Shown here piece after piece: positions 8,147 through 18,371 of a stretch of DNA of 46,883 bases. The notes beneath the pieces were generated by a model. That model had not been told where the DNA came from. It saw nothing but the letters and a program-made list of their open reading frames with translations, and ran no database searches. The DNA is from Acidimicrobiia bacterium. GTDB taxonomy: Bacteria > Actinomycetota > Acidimicrobiia > Spongiisociales > JAENVV01. Location: NCBI GenBank assembly GCA_041577335.1, contig JBFGJH010000019.1:1-46883 (forward strand), read 5' to 3'. The stretch's first letter is position 1; each line of letters opens with the position of its first letter. A program made the position numbers and the translations under genes.

Positions 8147-9925
8147 ATGCGGCGATTGTTCGCATTGGCAATTTCGATGGCCCTGATGGTCCCGCTCATG
8201 GCGGGAAGTGCAGGCGCGGCAAGTGACATGGGTGACCTGTCGGTCATTCACGGAATCCCCGGAGCGACCGTAGACGTGTACGCCAACGACGCGCTGCTGC
8301 TGCCCGGTTTCGAGTCTGGCGACGTTGCGGGTCCGCTGACCCTGCCGACCGGCAACTATGACGTCGACATCTACACAGCGGGCGACGACCCAATGACCGA
8401 TCCTGCCATTGTCTCGGCATCGGTCGAACTGGTCCCCGGCGGCAGCGTGTCCGCGATTGCGCATCTCGACGCACTGGGCGCGCCCACGATCACTGCCTAC
8501 GTCAATGATCTCTCCAGCGCCGCGGTCAGCCAGGGCCGTCTCGTGGTCCGCCACACCGCTGCCGCTCCTGCGGTCGACATCGTCGTGACAGGCGTGGGAG
8601 CCATTCTCAGCAATGTCGAGAATCCCCAGTCAGGTCAGCTGGACGTTGCGGCCGCGACATACCCGGTGACGATCAACGCAGCCGGAACCAGCGACGTTGC
8701 GTTCGATGCGGGCGACGTGCCGATCACCGAAGGAGAAGCCCTGCACGTGTACGCCATCGGCGACCTGGTTGGTGGCACCTTTGGCCTGGTCCTCCAGTCC
8801 TTCGACCTTGCCTCCCCGGACGGTTACGGTGAGCTCTCGGTCGTCCACGGTATCCCCGGACTTCCCGTCGACGTCTACCTGAATGGCGTCCTGGCGATTC
8901 CTGGCTTCCAGCCTGAGACGATCGTCGAGAACTTGCTCGTCGCCGCCGGCGACTACGACGTGGCTCTCTATGCGGAAGGCGCCGATCCGTTGACGACAGC
9001 CCCCGCCTTGGTGGCATCGACAACCCTCCCGGCGGGCGCCAACGCATCGGCGGTGGCCCACCTCGATGAGGTAGGAACGCCGACGTTCAGCGTGTTTGTC
9101 AACGATCTGTCGACGATTGATGCCGGCAACGGTCGAGTTGTGGTCCGCCACACGGCCGCGGCTCCCTCAGTCGACGTTCTCGCCGATGGTGGAGTCCTCA
9201 TCCCAGGTCTCACCAACCCGGATGAAGCTCAGGCTGACGTGCCCGCAGCAACCTATTCGGTTGAGCTGACACCAGCCGGAATGGCGACCGTGGTGTTTGG
9301 CCCGACCGATCTTCCGGTGACCGAGGGCGAGTCCATCGTGGTTTACGCAATCGGCGACCTGGGCGCAGCGACGTTCACGCTGATTACCCAGTCGTTCGGC
9401 GACTTGGGCCCCAGCGGAGCTTTCACGGACGACGACAACAGCGTTCACGAGGTGAATATCAACACGATTGCTCGTGTAGGCATCACGACCGGCAAGACGG
9501 CGGACGACTTTGGTCCCACCGACTCCGTGACTCGCGGCCAGATGGCAGCATTCCTCAACCGTGCGTTGGGCCTTCCAGCGAGCTCGGTGGATGCCTTCTC
9601 AGACGATGACGGAACGACCTTCGAGAGCGACATCAACGCTATCGCTGCCGTCGGCATCACCCAGGCAACCGGTACATTCGGTCCAGGTGAGAACGTGACC
9701 CGTGGCCAGATGGCGGCGTTCCTCGTACGAGCCTTCGACATCCCGGCGAGCTCGGCGGATGCCTTCCCCGACGATGACGGCACGACCTTCGAGAGTGACA
9801 TCAATGCTCTCGCGGCGGCCGGTGTCTCGGTGGGCCAGCCTGACGGAACCTATGGTCCTTCGGCTGACGTCACCCGAGCGCAGATGGCTACCTTCATCGC
9901 TCGTGCGATGGGGTTGGGCAACTAG
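8147..9925 (+). CDS. Secreted protein with two DUF4397-like units and three SLH repeats
   Basis: Signal peptide; duplicated LSV(I/V)HGIPG..VDVY.N and R(L/V)VVRHTAAAP.VD units; TRGQMAAFL SLH repeats. Confidence 0.82.
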   Translation: MRRLFALAISMALMVPLMAGSAGAASDMGDLSVIHGIPGATVDVYANDALLLPGFESGDVAGPLTLPTGNYDVDIYTAGDDPMTDPAIVSASVELVPGGSVSAIAHLDALGAPTITAYVNDLSSAAVSQGRLVVRHTAAAPAVDIVVTGVGAILSNVENPQSGQLDVAAATYPVTINAAGTSDVAFDAGDVPITEGEALHVYAIGDLVGGTFGLVLQSFDLASPDGYGELSVVHGIPGLPVDVYLNGVLAIPGFQPETIVENLLVAAGDYDVALYAEGADPLTTAPALVASTTLPAGANASAVAHLDEVGTPTFSVFVNDLSTIDAGNGRVVVRHTAAAPSVDVLADGGVLIPGLTNPDEAQADVPAATYSVELTPAGMATVVFGPTDLPVTEGESIVVYAIGDLGAATFTLITQSFGDLGPSGAFTDDDNSVHEVNINTIARVGITTGKTADDFGPTDSVTRGQMAAFLNRALGLPASSVDAFSDDDGTTFESDINAIAAVGITQATGTFGPGENVTRGQMAAFLVRAFDIPASSADAFPDDDGTTFESDINALAAAGVSVGQPDGTYGPSADVTRAQMATFIARAMGLGN

Positions 9926-9946
9926 ACGCTAGAAGCAATCAGCTAT

Positions 9947-9977
9947 CAAAGAGGGGCGGCTTTGCCGCCCCTCTTTG
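9947..9977. terminator. Bidirectional intrinsic terminator
   Basis: CAAAGAGGGGCGGC-TTT-GCCGCCCCTCTTTG perfect hairpin between convergent genes. Confidence 0.85.
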
Positions 9978-10008
9978 CGTTCTGGGTGCGTCGGCGTGGG
10001 CTCGGCGC

Positions 10009-11370
10009 CTAACCCACCACAGGAATGCGCTCCTGGGCGGCTGCCACCTTCTCTTCGGGGTAGTCGTAATCCTCCAGTTCGCCTCCGAGATAGGCGTCGT
10101 AGCTGGCCAGGTCGAAATGACCGTGGCCGCACAGCGCCATGAGAATCACCTTCTCCTCGCCCGATTCGGCGGCGGCCTTGGCCTCCCGGATGGTTCCAGC
10201 AATTGCGTGGGTGGGCTCAGGAGCCGGGATGATGCCCTCCGTCCGAGCGAACTTCACGGCCGCGTCGAAGCACTCGGTCTGATGGATGGCTTCGGCCTCC
10301 ATCAGACCGATCTCGTACAAGTGGGACACGAGCGGCGCCATGCCGTGATAGCGCAAGCCGCCGGCGTGGATCGGGTCCGGAACGAAGTCGTGGCCCAGCG
10401 TGTGCATCTTCACGAGCGGTGTCATCCCGGCAGTGTCACCGAAGTCGTACGTGTAGATGCCCTTGGTGAGTGACGGGCACGCCGCCGGCTCCACCGCACG
10501 AATGACCGGGTTCATGTTGCCGGCGATCTTCTCCCGAATGAATGGGAATGACAGTCCACCAAAGTTGGAACCGCCGCCGGTGCAACCGATGAGGATGTCG
10601 GGTGTTTCGTCGACTTTGGCAAGTTGCAGCAGCGCTTCTTCGCCGATGATCGTCTGGTGCATGAGCACGTGGTTCAGCACACTCCCCAACGCGTATTTCA
10701 CGCCCTCATTGGTGGCTGCGACCTCTACCGCCTCGCTGATCGCTATGCCGAGGCTGCCTGGGCTGTCGGGGTCGCCGGCCAAGATCGCTTTGCCTGCCTG
10801 GGTGAGATCGGATGGAGAAGGGTGAACCGTGGCTCCCCACACCTCCATCATCGACTTGCGGTAAGGCTTGGCGTCATAAGAGGCACGCACTTGCCAGACC
10901 TCGCATTCCATCCCGTACAACGCACACGCGTACGAAAGGGCACTTCCCCATTGGCCGGCGCCTGTCTCGGTGGTGAGCTTCTTCACTCCTTCTTGGGCGT
11001 TGTAGTAGGCCTGGGGGACTGCGGTGTTGGGTTTGTGCGACCCGGCCGGGCTCACGCCCTCGTACTTGTAATAAATGCGCGCCGGGGTATCCAGCGTCTG
11101 TTCGAGACGGCGCGCCCGGTAGAGGGGAGAGGGCCGCCACGACCGGTACACATCTCGCACGGCTTCCGGTATCTCTATGAAACGGTCCTGGCTCACCTCC
11201 TGCATGATGAGAGCCATCGGAAACAGAGGCGCCAAGTCATCAGGGCCCACCGGCTGGTGCGTGCCGGGGTGCAAAACGGGAGGAGGCGGCTCGGGAAGAT
11301 CGGGAACGATGTTGTACCAATGGGTCGGCATCTCCGACTCGGTCAGTACGATCTTGGTGTCGTCGGCCAT
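10009..11370 (-). CDS. trpB2: Tryptophan synthase beta chain-like PLP enzyme, TrpB2 type
   Basis: [63 protein letters not shown] before ATG 11370 (alternative GTG 11391). Confidence 0.92.
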   Translation of the reverse strand: MADDTKIVLTESEMPTHWYNIVPDLPEPPPPVLHPGTHQPVGPDDLAPLFPMALIMQEVSQDRFIEIPEAVRDVYRSWRPSPLYRARRLEQTLDTPARIYYKYEGVSPAGSHKPNTAVPQAYYNAQEGVKKLTTETGAGQWGSALSYACALYGMECEVWQVRASYDAKPYRKSMMEVWGATVHPSPSDLTQAGKAILAGDPDSPGSLGIAISEAVEVAATNEGVKYALGSVLNHVLMHQTIIGEEALLQLAKVDETPDILIGCTGGGSNFGGLSFPFIREKIAGNMNPVIRAVEPAACPSLTKGIYTYDFGDTAGMTPLVKMHTLGHDFVPDPIHAGGLRYHGMAPLVSHLYEIGLMEAEAIHQTECFDAAVKFARTEGIIPAPEPTHAIAGTIREAKAAAESGEEKVILMALCGHGHFDLASYDAYLGGELEDYDYPEEKVAAAQERIPVVG

Positions 11371-11506
11371 GCCTGCTCCTTGGGTTGCCACTACCTGCGA
11401 ACATACCCCCGGTCGCAGCGCAATGAATCGAGAACTCCTACCTTATTGGCGGGTCTATGCACCAGCACACCAGCGGTTGTCCGTATGTAGTCGAGAAAGT
11501 GAACCT

Positions 11507-11941
11507 GTGAAAGCTCCCACGGTCATCGGATGGCGAGAGTGGGTTGCCCTGCCCGAGCTCGGTGTTGAGCGGATCAAGGCCAAGATCGACACCGGTGCAG
11601 CCACATCGGCGCTCCACGTGAGCAACATTCGGTCGGAGCTGCGGGAGGCGGGCACCTGGCTGACGTTCGAGGTCCATCCGATTCAGCGAAGCGAGGTGCC
11701 GTCGGTGGCAGCGGGAGGATGGCTCGTCGACGAACGACCGGTCCGCAATACCAGCGGCAAGTCCGAGATCCGACCGGTCATCGAGACAGCTATCAAACTG
11801 GGAGCTGAGCAATACCGGGCGGAGATCACACTCACCCGGCGAGACGAGATGGGCTTTCGGATGCTCCTCGGGCGGCGCGCGCTGAGACGCCGGTTCGTGG
11901 TGGACTCAGGCCGATCATTTACCTACGACTTGGAGAAATGA
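11507..11941 (+). CDS. RimK-associated retropepsin-like putative protease (RimB / putative ATP-dependent Zn protease family)
   Basis: [44 protein letters not shown]; directly upstream of rimK; GTG start approximate. Confidence 0.85.
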   Translation: MKAPTVIGWREWVALPELGVERIKAKIDTGAATSALHVSNIRSELREAGTWLTFEVHPIQRSEVPSVAAGGWLVDERPVRNTSGKSEIRPVIETAIKLGAEQYRAEITLTRRDEMGFRMLLGRRALRRRFVVDSGRSFTYDLEK

Positions 11942-12843
11942 GAATGAAAATCGGAGTGCTGTCACGGAACGGCCGGCTCTACTCGACACGGCGATTGGTG
12001 GAAGCGGCCGCTGAACGGGGACACGAGGTGCAGGTGGTCGACTACCTGCGCTGCTACATGGACATCACGTCGAAGAAGCCGGCGGTCATGCTGGTGGGGG
12101 TTCCGCTGCACTTCGATGCGATCATCCCTCGTATCGGCGCCACCTACACCTTTTATGGAACCGCGGTCGTCCGCCAGTTCGAGATGAAGGGAGTGTTCTC
12201 TGCGGCAGAATCGCAAGCGATTTCACGGTCTCGTGACAAGCTGCGGTCGATGCAGTTGCTGGCACGGGCGGGTGTCGGGTTGCCGGTGACCGGATATGCC
12301 CATGCCACGAAGGACATCGATGGCCTGCTCGACACTGTTGGCGGCGCACCCGTCGTCGTGAAACTGCTCGAGGGCACCCAAGGCACAGGAGTTGTTCTCG
12401 CCGAGACCAAGAAAGCGGCACAGTCGGTCATCGGTGCTTTTCGCCAGCTCGACGCAAATATCCTGGTTCAGGAGTTCATCGCGGAAGCGGGTGGAGCCGA
12501 TGTGCGGGTGCTGGTGATCGGTAATCAGGTTGTTGCGGCCATGAAACGGCAGGGAAAGCCGGGCGAGTTTCGGTCGAACCTCCATCAAGGTGGTTCTGCA
12601 GAGGTCACGCCGATCACTCGGCAGGAACGGGCGACTGCCGTCAAGGCTGTGAGGGCCATGGGTTTGGGTGTCGCAGGTGTCGACCTGCTCCGTTCCGAGC
12701 GCGGCCCTCTCGTCCTCGAAGTCAACTCGTCACCGGGTTTGGAGGGGATCGAAAAGGCAACGGGCATTGACGTAGCAGGTTCGATCATCGAGTACGTCGA
12801 ACGGTCCGTGCAATCCAAATCGAAGCCCCGTACCAAAGCATGA
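11938..12843 (+). CDS. rimK: RimK alpha-L-glutamate ligase (ATP-grasp)
   Basis: [59 protein letters not shown]. Confidence 0.93.
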   Translation: MRMKIGVLSRNGRLYSTRRLVEAAAERGHEVQVVDYLRCYMDITSKKPAVMLVGVPLHFDAIIPRIGATYTFYGTAVVRQFEMKGVFSAAESQAISRSRDKLRSMQLLARAGVGLPVTGYAHATKDIDGLLDTVGGAPVVVKLLEGTQGTGVVLAETKKAAQSVIGAFRQLDANILVQEFIAEAGGADVRVLVIGNQVVAAMKRQGKPGEFRSNLHQGGSAEVTPITRQERATAVKAVRAMGLGVAGVDLLRSERGPLVLEVNSSPGLEGIEKATGIDVAGSIIEYVERSVQSKSKPRTKA

Positions 12844-13793
12844 CCATGCTGGAGATCGCCGGCCATCGGATACCTCGGGGTCGGACAGCCAAAATCGACA
12901 TCCCCGTGGCCCGGCTCCCGGCGGGAGTGTGGGTATCCATGCCGGTGCGAGTGCTCCGCGGTTCCAAGGACGGGCCGTTGGTGTGGCTGAGCGCAGCCAT
13001 CCACGGCGATGAGGTCAACGGTGTCGAGATCATCGACGGTGTGATCGACGCAGTGGGGAGTCCACGAAACCTGACGGGAACGATCATCGCGGTTCCGGTC
13101 GTGAACGTCTTCGGGTTCTTCAATCAATCGCGCTACTTGCCAGACGGTCGCGATCTCAACCGGGCATTCCCCGGCTCCAAACGTGGTTCGCTGGCTTCCC
13201 GTCTCGCCCGGCTGTTCATGGACAACGTAGTGGCAGGGACTGACATGGGCATCGACTTCCACACCGGGACGTCCCATCGCACCAACCTTCCCCAGATCCG
13301 ATCGGACCTTCGCAACGATCGCAACCGTGAGCTGGCTTCGGTGTTCGGTGCACCCGCTGCGATCCACTCGCGTAGTCGCGATGGCTCGTTGCGAGAAGCC
13401 GCTGCTCGCCAGGATCTCCCCGTACTGCTTTTCGAAGGGGGTCAAGCGCACCGATTCGAGAACGAGATCATCGACGTCGGCATCGCCGGAGCGCTCCGAG
13501 TGCTCGCCCATTTGGGCATGATCGGCCAACCTTCGACGGGGCCGATCGGGACCGAGTTCTACTCGTCATCGAGCTGGGTTCGAGCCCGCAAGGCCGGCCT
13601 CCTGCGCACCGAGACGCGCCCCGGTGATCGCGTGCGAAAGGGAGAAGTTCTAGGAAGGGTCGTCGAAGTGGGGGGCGTCAAACCCTCGTTCGTGAAGGCG
13701 CCTACAGCAGGCACCGTCATCGGCCTGAACCGCAACCCCATCGTCACCCAGGGCGATGCCTTGTTTCACGTCGCCCAACCCGAAAAGCCCTGA
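12840..13793 (+). CDS. Succinylglutamate desuccinylase/aspartoacylase (M14) family protein
   Basis: [34 protein letters not shown]-terminal biotinyl-like beta domain. Confidence 0.88.
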   Translation: MTMLEIAGHRIPRGRTAKIDIPVARLPAGVWVSMPVRVLRGSKDGPLVWLSAAIHGDEVNGVEIIDGVIDAVGSPRNLTGTIIAVPVVNVFGFFNQSRYLPDGRDLNRAFPGSKRGSLASRLARLFMDNVVAGTDMGIDFHTGTSHRTNLPQIRSDLRNDRNRELASVFGAPAAIHSRSRDGSLREAAARQDLPVLLFEGGQAHRFENEIIDVGIAGALRVLAHLGMIGQPSTGPIGTEFYSSSSWVRARKAGLLRTETRPGDRVRKGEVLGRVVEVGGVKPSFVKAPTAGTVIGLNRNPIVTQGDALFHVAQPEKP

Positions 13794-13815
13794 CCTCTCC
13801 GTACACTGCTGTCCG

Positions 13816-14325
13816 ATGAGACCCGGGCCTGTTGAGATTCTGGCTGCGTTGACGGCGGCCGTCGCCATCGCCGTGGCGATGGTGGGAACCGTGATCCCGG
13901 CGTTTCCCGGTCTCGTCATTGCGTGGCTAGCAATGCTCATCTTCGGCCTCATCGTCGGCTTCGACGCCATAGGAATCGTGATCATGTCAGTCGTCACGCT
14001 GTTGGTGGCGGGCTCATACATCCTCACGATTCGCATCCCCCAGCAACAGGTTGAACGGCGCGGCGCTTCGCGGACGTCGACGATCTTCGGTGGGGTCGGC
14101 GCGATTGTGGGGTTCTTCGTCATCCCGGTGGTCGGATTCATCGTGGGAGGTGTGGCCGGCGTTTTTGGCGCCGAGTACTACCGGACGCGGGAACGTTCTC
14201 GGGCGTGGCAATCCACCAAAGGGGTACTGATCGGCTTCGGCCTCAGTGCACTCACCCAGCTTGGCATCGGAGTGATCATTGCCGTTCTGTTCGCCGTCTG
14301 GCTCGTCGCGAGATTCGATTTGTAG
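13816..14325 (+). CDS. DUF456 family membrane protein
   Basis: VIPAFPG, GAIVGFFVIPVVGFIVGGVAGVFGAE; multiple TM helices. Confidence 0.8.
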   Translation: MRPGPVEILAALTAAVAIAVAMVGTVIPAFPGLVIAWLAMLIFGLIVGFDAIGIVIMSVVTLLVAGSYILTIRIPQQQVERRGASRTSTIFGGVGAIVGFFVIPVVGFIVGGVAGVFGAEYYRTRERSRAWQSTKGVLIGFGLSALTQLGIGVIIAVLFAVWLVARFDL

Positions 14326-14450
14326 CCGAGCGAATCAGGATTCGATTGGCACGAACGAGCGGCCCTCGGCCGTGCACATGTGGATGCCGGCCGACCAACA
14401 GGCGTGGGTCATGAGTCGTGACTCGGGGACCAGCCTCTGGCTGGTGCCGC

Positions 14451-15005
14451 TCACTTCTTGGCGGCTTCTTTGGCGAGGCGCTTGGCTTCGCGGAGTTCGG
14501 CGATGTCATCGAAGGAGGCCACGTCGGCGATCGACGCCCAGTCAGCGGCTTCTTCCTCCCACCCGGGTGGGGCCACACCGAGGCGTTTGCCGAGAACGCC
14601 GACGAAGATCCGGGCCTTGGCGTCTCCGTATCCGGGCAGGGCGCGGAGACGGTTGTAGAGGTCTTTGCCGTCAGTGGCGCCTTCCCACACCTGGGCCGGC
14701 TGCCCGTCGTATTCGTCGACGATCACCTGAGCCAGTGACTGGGTGCGCTTCGCCATGCTGGCCGGGTAGCGGTGGATGGCCGGTGGGCCCCGGAATATCT
14801 CGACGAGCTCGTCTTCAGGGATATCCGAGAGGTCGGAGGCATCGAGGTCGCGGCCGAGCCTGGTCGCCAGGATGTGGGGTCCGGCGAAGGCCCGCTCCAT
14901 GGGGAATTGTTGGTCCAGGAGCATGCCAATGAGCAGCGCCAGTGGGTCGGAGGCGAGCAGTCGGTCGGCGTCGGCGTCACCAGTCCAGGGGAGTGAATCG
15001 GTCAT
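14451..15005 (-). CDS. Actinobacterial HhH-GPD-type putative DNA glycosylase-like protein
   Basis: DPLALLIGMLLDQQFPMERAFAGP, PAIHRYPASMA, LPGYGDAKARIF. Confidence 0.85.
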   Translation of the reverse strand: MTDSLPWTGDADADRLLASDPLALLIGMLLDQQFPMERAFAGPHILATRLGRDLDASDLSDIPEDELVEIFRGPPAIHRYPASMAKRTQSLAQVIVDEYDGQPAQVWEGATDGKDLYNRLRALPGYGDAKARIFVGVLGKRLGVAPPGWEEEAADWASIADVASFDDIAELREAKRLAKEAAKK

Positions 15006-15145
15006 ATGTCGAGCGTAGTGCCCATCGCGGTTGGCGTCTTGTTCGAGAGAATCGCGGCGGGCGAGGTGGCCCAGCGATGTGGCTCACTCGCGCGCACTAC
15101 GATCTGGGCCATGACAGCTGTGTGCCCAATCCTCGAGCGATTCTC

Positions 15146-15790
15146 GTGAAATGGCCCTCCGGAGAGCCGTTTCGCTCATTGGTCATAGGCATTGCCGGCG
15201 GATCGGGATCGGGGAAGACGACGATTGCCGAATCCGTTCTCGAAGAAGTGGGCACGGACGCCGTGCTCATTCAGCACGACTCGTACTACCACCACAACCC
15301 TGATGTGCCGTTCGACGAACGTGCCCGGATCAACTACGACCATCCTGATTCCCTGGATACCGATCTCTTTGTGAAGCATGTGTCGGAGCTCGTCGCCGGC
15401 GCGCCTGTCGACATACCGGTGTACGACTTCAGCCAGCACCTGCGATCGGGTGAGACTCGTACCATCAAGCCGGCCCCCGTGATTTTGCTCGAGGGGATAC
15501 TTGTACTCGCCGAGCCGGAGCTGCGCTCTCTCATGGATTTGAAGATCTACGTCGACACGGAATCCGACGTGCGGTTGGCTCGGCGGTTGGGTCGGGATAT
15601 GACGGAACGAGGCAGATCCGCAGACTCGGTGATTGCCCAGTACTTGGAGACGGTGCGGCCGATGCACCTTCAGTTCGTCGAACCCTCGAAGCGATACGCC
15701 GACCTCATTGTCCCGGAGGGTTACAACCCGGGAGCGGTGGGAACGGTCATCCACATGATTCAGCGCGTCGCGGCAGGAGGCGAACTGTGA
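15146..15790 (+). CDS. udk: Uridine kinase
   Basis: IGIAGGSGSGKTT, DSYY, NYDHPDSLD, PVYDF, LEGIL, VRPMHLQFVEPSKRYAD; start uncertain (GTG 15122 or 15146). Confidence 0.92.
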   Translation: MKWPSGEPFRSLVIGIAGGSGSGKTTIAESVLEEVGTDAVLIQHDSYYHHNPDVPFDERARINYDHPDSLDTDLFVKHVSELVAGAPVDIPVYDFSQHLRSGETRTIKPAPVILLEGILVLAEPELRSLMDLKIYVDTESDVRLARRLGRDMTERGRSADSVIAQYLETVRPMHLQFVEPSKRYADLIVPEGYNPGAVGTVIHMIQRVAAGGEL

Positions 15791-16578
15791 CCGTGCTGGC
15801 TTTCGTCGGCGGTGGGGCGATGGGGGGCTCGATCATCCGACGGTTGATCGCCTCCGGTACGGAGCCATCCGACATGCTGGTCGTTGATCTGAGCCCCGAG
15901 CTTCGCGCCGAATACGATGCCATGGGCCTGGCCACCTCCGATGATGTGACCGCGATCGCGGGGGCGGAGGTGGTGGTCATCGCGGTGAAGCCTCAGCACT
16001 TGGCGAGTGCTCTCGAACCGCTCGACGGAGTCGTGGCCGAGGAGCTCATCGTGTCGGTGGTCGCCGGTGTTCCCACCAGAGAATTCGAGCGGCGGCTCGG
16101 GCCCGTGGCCGTGGTCCGGTGTATGCCGAACACTCCGGCGCTCGTCGGCCGAGGCATGACCGCTCTGGCCGCCGGCGAACACGTTTCCGATGAGCAGTTC
16201 GACCGGGCCAAAGCCATCTTGTCGCTCGTCGGAGCCATCGTCGGCGTCGACGAAGGCGACCTCGACGCCGTCACCGCCGTGTCCGGATCCGGTCCTGCCT
16301 ATGTGTTCCTCCTCGCCGAGTCGATGATGGCAGCCGCGCGTGAGCAGGGACTCAGTGATGCCGTTGCCCAACTACTCGTCGAACAGACCCTCGTGGGCGC
16401 CTCCCACTTGCTGGCCGATTCGGACGATCCACCCGATGTGCTGCGAGTGCGGGTCACTTCGCCGGGGGGCACGACCCAGGAGGCACTCGGCGTTTTTGAA
16501 CGCGAGGATTTCTCTGGCGCCGTGCGTCGCGCAATTGCTGCGGCTGCCAGACGATCGAAGGAGCTGGGGGTGCAGTGA
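15787..16578 (+). CDS. proC: Pyrroline-5-carboxylate reductase
   Basis: FVGGGAMG, AVKPQ, RCMPNTP, TAVSGSGPAY, VTSPGGTT. Confidence 0.95.
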   Translation: MTVLAFVGGGAMGGSIIRRLIASGTEPSDMLVVDLSPELRAEYDAMGLATSDDVTAIAGAEVVVIAVKPQHLASALEPLDGVVAEELIVSVVAGVPTREFERRLGPVAVVRCMPNTPALVGRGMTALAAGEHVSDEQFDRAKAILSLVGAIVGVDEGDLDAVTAVSGSGPAYVFLLAESMMAAAREQGLSDAVAQLLVEQTLVGASHLLADSDDPPDVLRVRVTSPGGTTQEALGVFEREDFSGAVRRAIAAAARRSKELGVQ

Positions 16579-17039
16579 CGAAACTCGAACCTGGCGATCA
16601 GATCCCAGCGTTTTCGGTTCATGACCATTCCGGGAACCGCGTCACCGACGAAGACCTTGGCGGTCGGGCAACCATCATCTATTTCTATCCGGCCGCGTTC
16701 ACTCCCGGATGCACAACGGAGTCGTGTGACTTTCGGGACCAATCGGGCGGCTTGTCGGGCGCCGGGTACCGCATCGTCGGGGTGAGCCCCGACAGCGTCG
16801 AAGAGATCGCCAGATTCCGTGACGAATACGGTCTCGAGTTCACCTTGCTGTCTGACCCCGATCATCAGATGGCTGACGCATTTGGAGCGTGGGGCATCAA
16901 GACCAACTACGGGAAAGAGTACGAAGGTCTGATTCGCTCGACATTCGTCGTAGACGAGGACGGGATGGTGCGTAGCGCGCACTACAACGTCAAAGCCACC
17001 GGTCACGCCGAGCGGATAGCCCGCTCAGTGCTGGCGTAG
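16575..17039 (+). CDS. bcp: Peroxiredoxin Bcp (thioredoxin-dependent thiol peroxidase)
   Basis: YFYPAAFTPGCTTESCDFRD, LLSDPD, RSTFVVD. Confidence 0.92.
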   Translation: MTKLEPGDQIPAFSVHDHSGNRVTDEDLGGRATIIYFYPAAFTPGCTTESCDFRDQSGGLSGAGYRIVGVSPDSVEEIARFRDEYGLEFTLLSDPDHQMADAFGAWGIKTNYGKEYEGLIRSTFVVDEDGMVRSAHYNVKATGHAERIARSVLA

Positions 17040-17049
17040 GTTCGATGCC

Positions 17050-18306
17050 GTGATTCGCCGCTTCATGCTCCTGGTATTCGCCACGCTGGTGTTGCTCGCT
17101 CCGCAAGCGTCGGGACAACCCAGCGAGGTCGTCGATTCGCTCCTCGACGACGGCTTCTACCTCGAGGACCGGACGGAAGCAGAGGCCGAGGCTGTCGCGG
17201 CGGTCTTGGCCGAGGCCGGCGTTCCTGCCCTCTACCTCGTCGAGGTCACTGATGATGTCGACCCGCTCGCGCTGGCCGACGACCTTCAACGAGAGATCGG
17301 TTCCGGCACCGTCATGGTGGTCACTCCCTTCGAGATCGGTTGGGCCAGCGATCGCTACACCGACGCCGAAATCGAAGCCGCCCTCGATACGTCTCTGTCC
17401 GATTTCGATCGATCGCCGGCAAGCGGGCTGGAATCGCTTGCGGGTGCCCTGTCGGAGCAAGCTGAGGCGTCGGGCGATGGAAGCCTTGGCTGGCTGATCC
17501 CTGTTGGCCTGGTCGCCATCATCGGCGGGGGGGTCTGGCTACTCGTGCGCCGCAGCCGCAAAGAGCGTGAGACGGAGCATGCCGGCCGTTTGGAAGAAGC
17601 CAAGCAGGAGCTGGACGGTCAGATCGCCGTGGTGTCCAACTACATCGTCGAGTTGTCCGATCGGGTTGCCGTCGCCGAGGACGACGAAGCCGAGTCGCTG
17701 TACCGAGAGGCCATCGAGTTGTTTTCGGGTGTGCAAAAGGACCTCCCGCAAGCCGATGAACTGCACGAGATGGAGCTCTTGTCCGATCGGCTCGATCAAG
17801 CTCGGTGGCAGCTGGAATCGACGGAGGCGAAACTCGATGGCAAGGTTCCCCCTCCTCAGCCGATCGACCGGCCGGCGAAGTGTTTCTTTGACCCCAACCA
17901 CCGTGCGGGAACCGAGGAGGCCGAGATCGCGACCGCGGCAGGCTCGCAGATGGTTTCGGTGTGCCGACAGTGCAAATCTCGCTTGGAGAGGGGTGAGAAG
18001 GTTGCGCCTCGGGATATCAGTGTCGGAGGTCGGCCGGTTCCGGCGCCGCGAGCGCCTCGCTCACACGGCGGGTCCGGCTTCGACTGGCTCGATGGATTCC
18101 AGATACTGGTCGGCGGCGCCAGCGTTGGCTACGACATTGGCCGGTCGAGAGTGCGGCCCTCCCGCCGCCGCTCGCCGACGGCAGCTCCATCGACCTCGAG
18201 GCGCAAGACGACCTCGACGCGGAGCAGCTCGTCACGGGGGCGTCGCAGCACCGGCCGAAGGTCACGCTCGAAAGGGACTCGCAGCCGGGGCAGTCGCCGG
18301 CGCTGA
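17050..18306 (+). CDS. Membrane protein: signal peptide, TPM-like extracellular domain, TM helix, coiled coil, Cys/His motif, Arg/Ser-rich tail
   Basis: N-terminal hydrophobic segment, LGWLIPVGLVAIIGGGVWLLV TM, CFFDPNH...VCRQC, tail RRRSPTAAPSTSRRK...; upstream of pspA. Confidence 0.6.
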   Translation: MIRRFMLLVFATLVLLAPQASGQPSEVVDSLLDDGFYLEDRTEAEAEAVAAVLAEAGVPALYLVEVTDDVDPLALADDLQREIGSGTVMVVTPFEIGWASDRYTDAEIEAALDTSLSDFDRSPASGLESLAGALSEQAEASGDGSLGWLIPVGLVAIIGGGVWLLVRRSRKERETEHAGRLEEAKQELDGQIAVVSNYIVELSDRVAVAEDDEAESLYREAIELFSGVQKDLPQADELHEMELLSDRLDQARWQLESTEAKLDGKVPPPQPIDRPAKCFFDPNHRAGTEEAEIATAAGSQMVSVCRQCKSRLERGEKVAPRDISVGGRPVPAPRAPRSHGGSGFDWLDGFQILVGGASVGYDIGRSRVRPSRRRSPTAAPSTSRRKTTSTRSSSSRGRRSTGRRSRSKGTRSRGSRRR

Positions 18307-18371
18307 CAGCCCGGCGCCGTGGTGAAAAAGCCCGATAAGATGACATTCGAGTCAAGACCGAAGGACGGACG

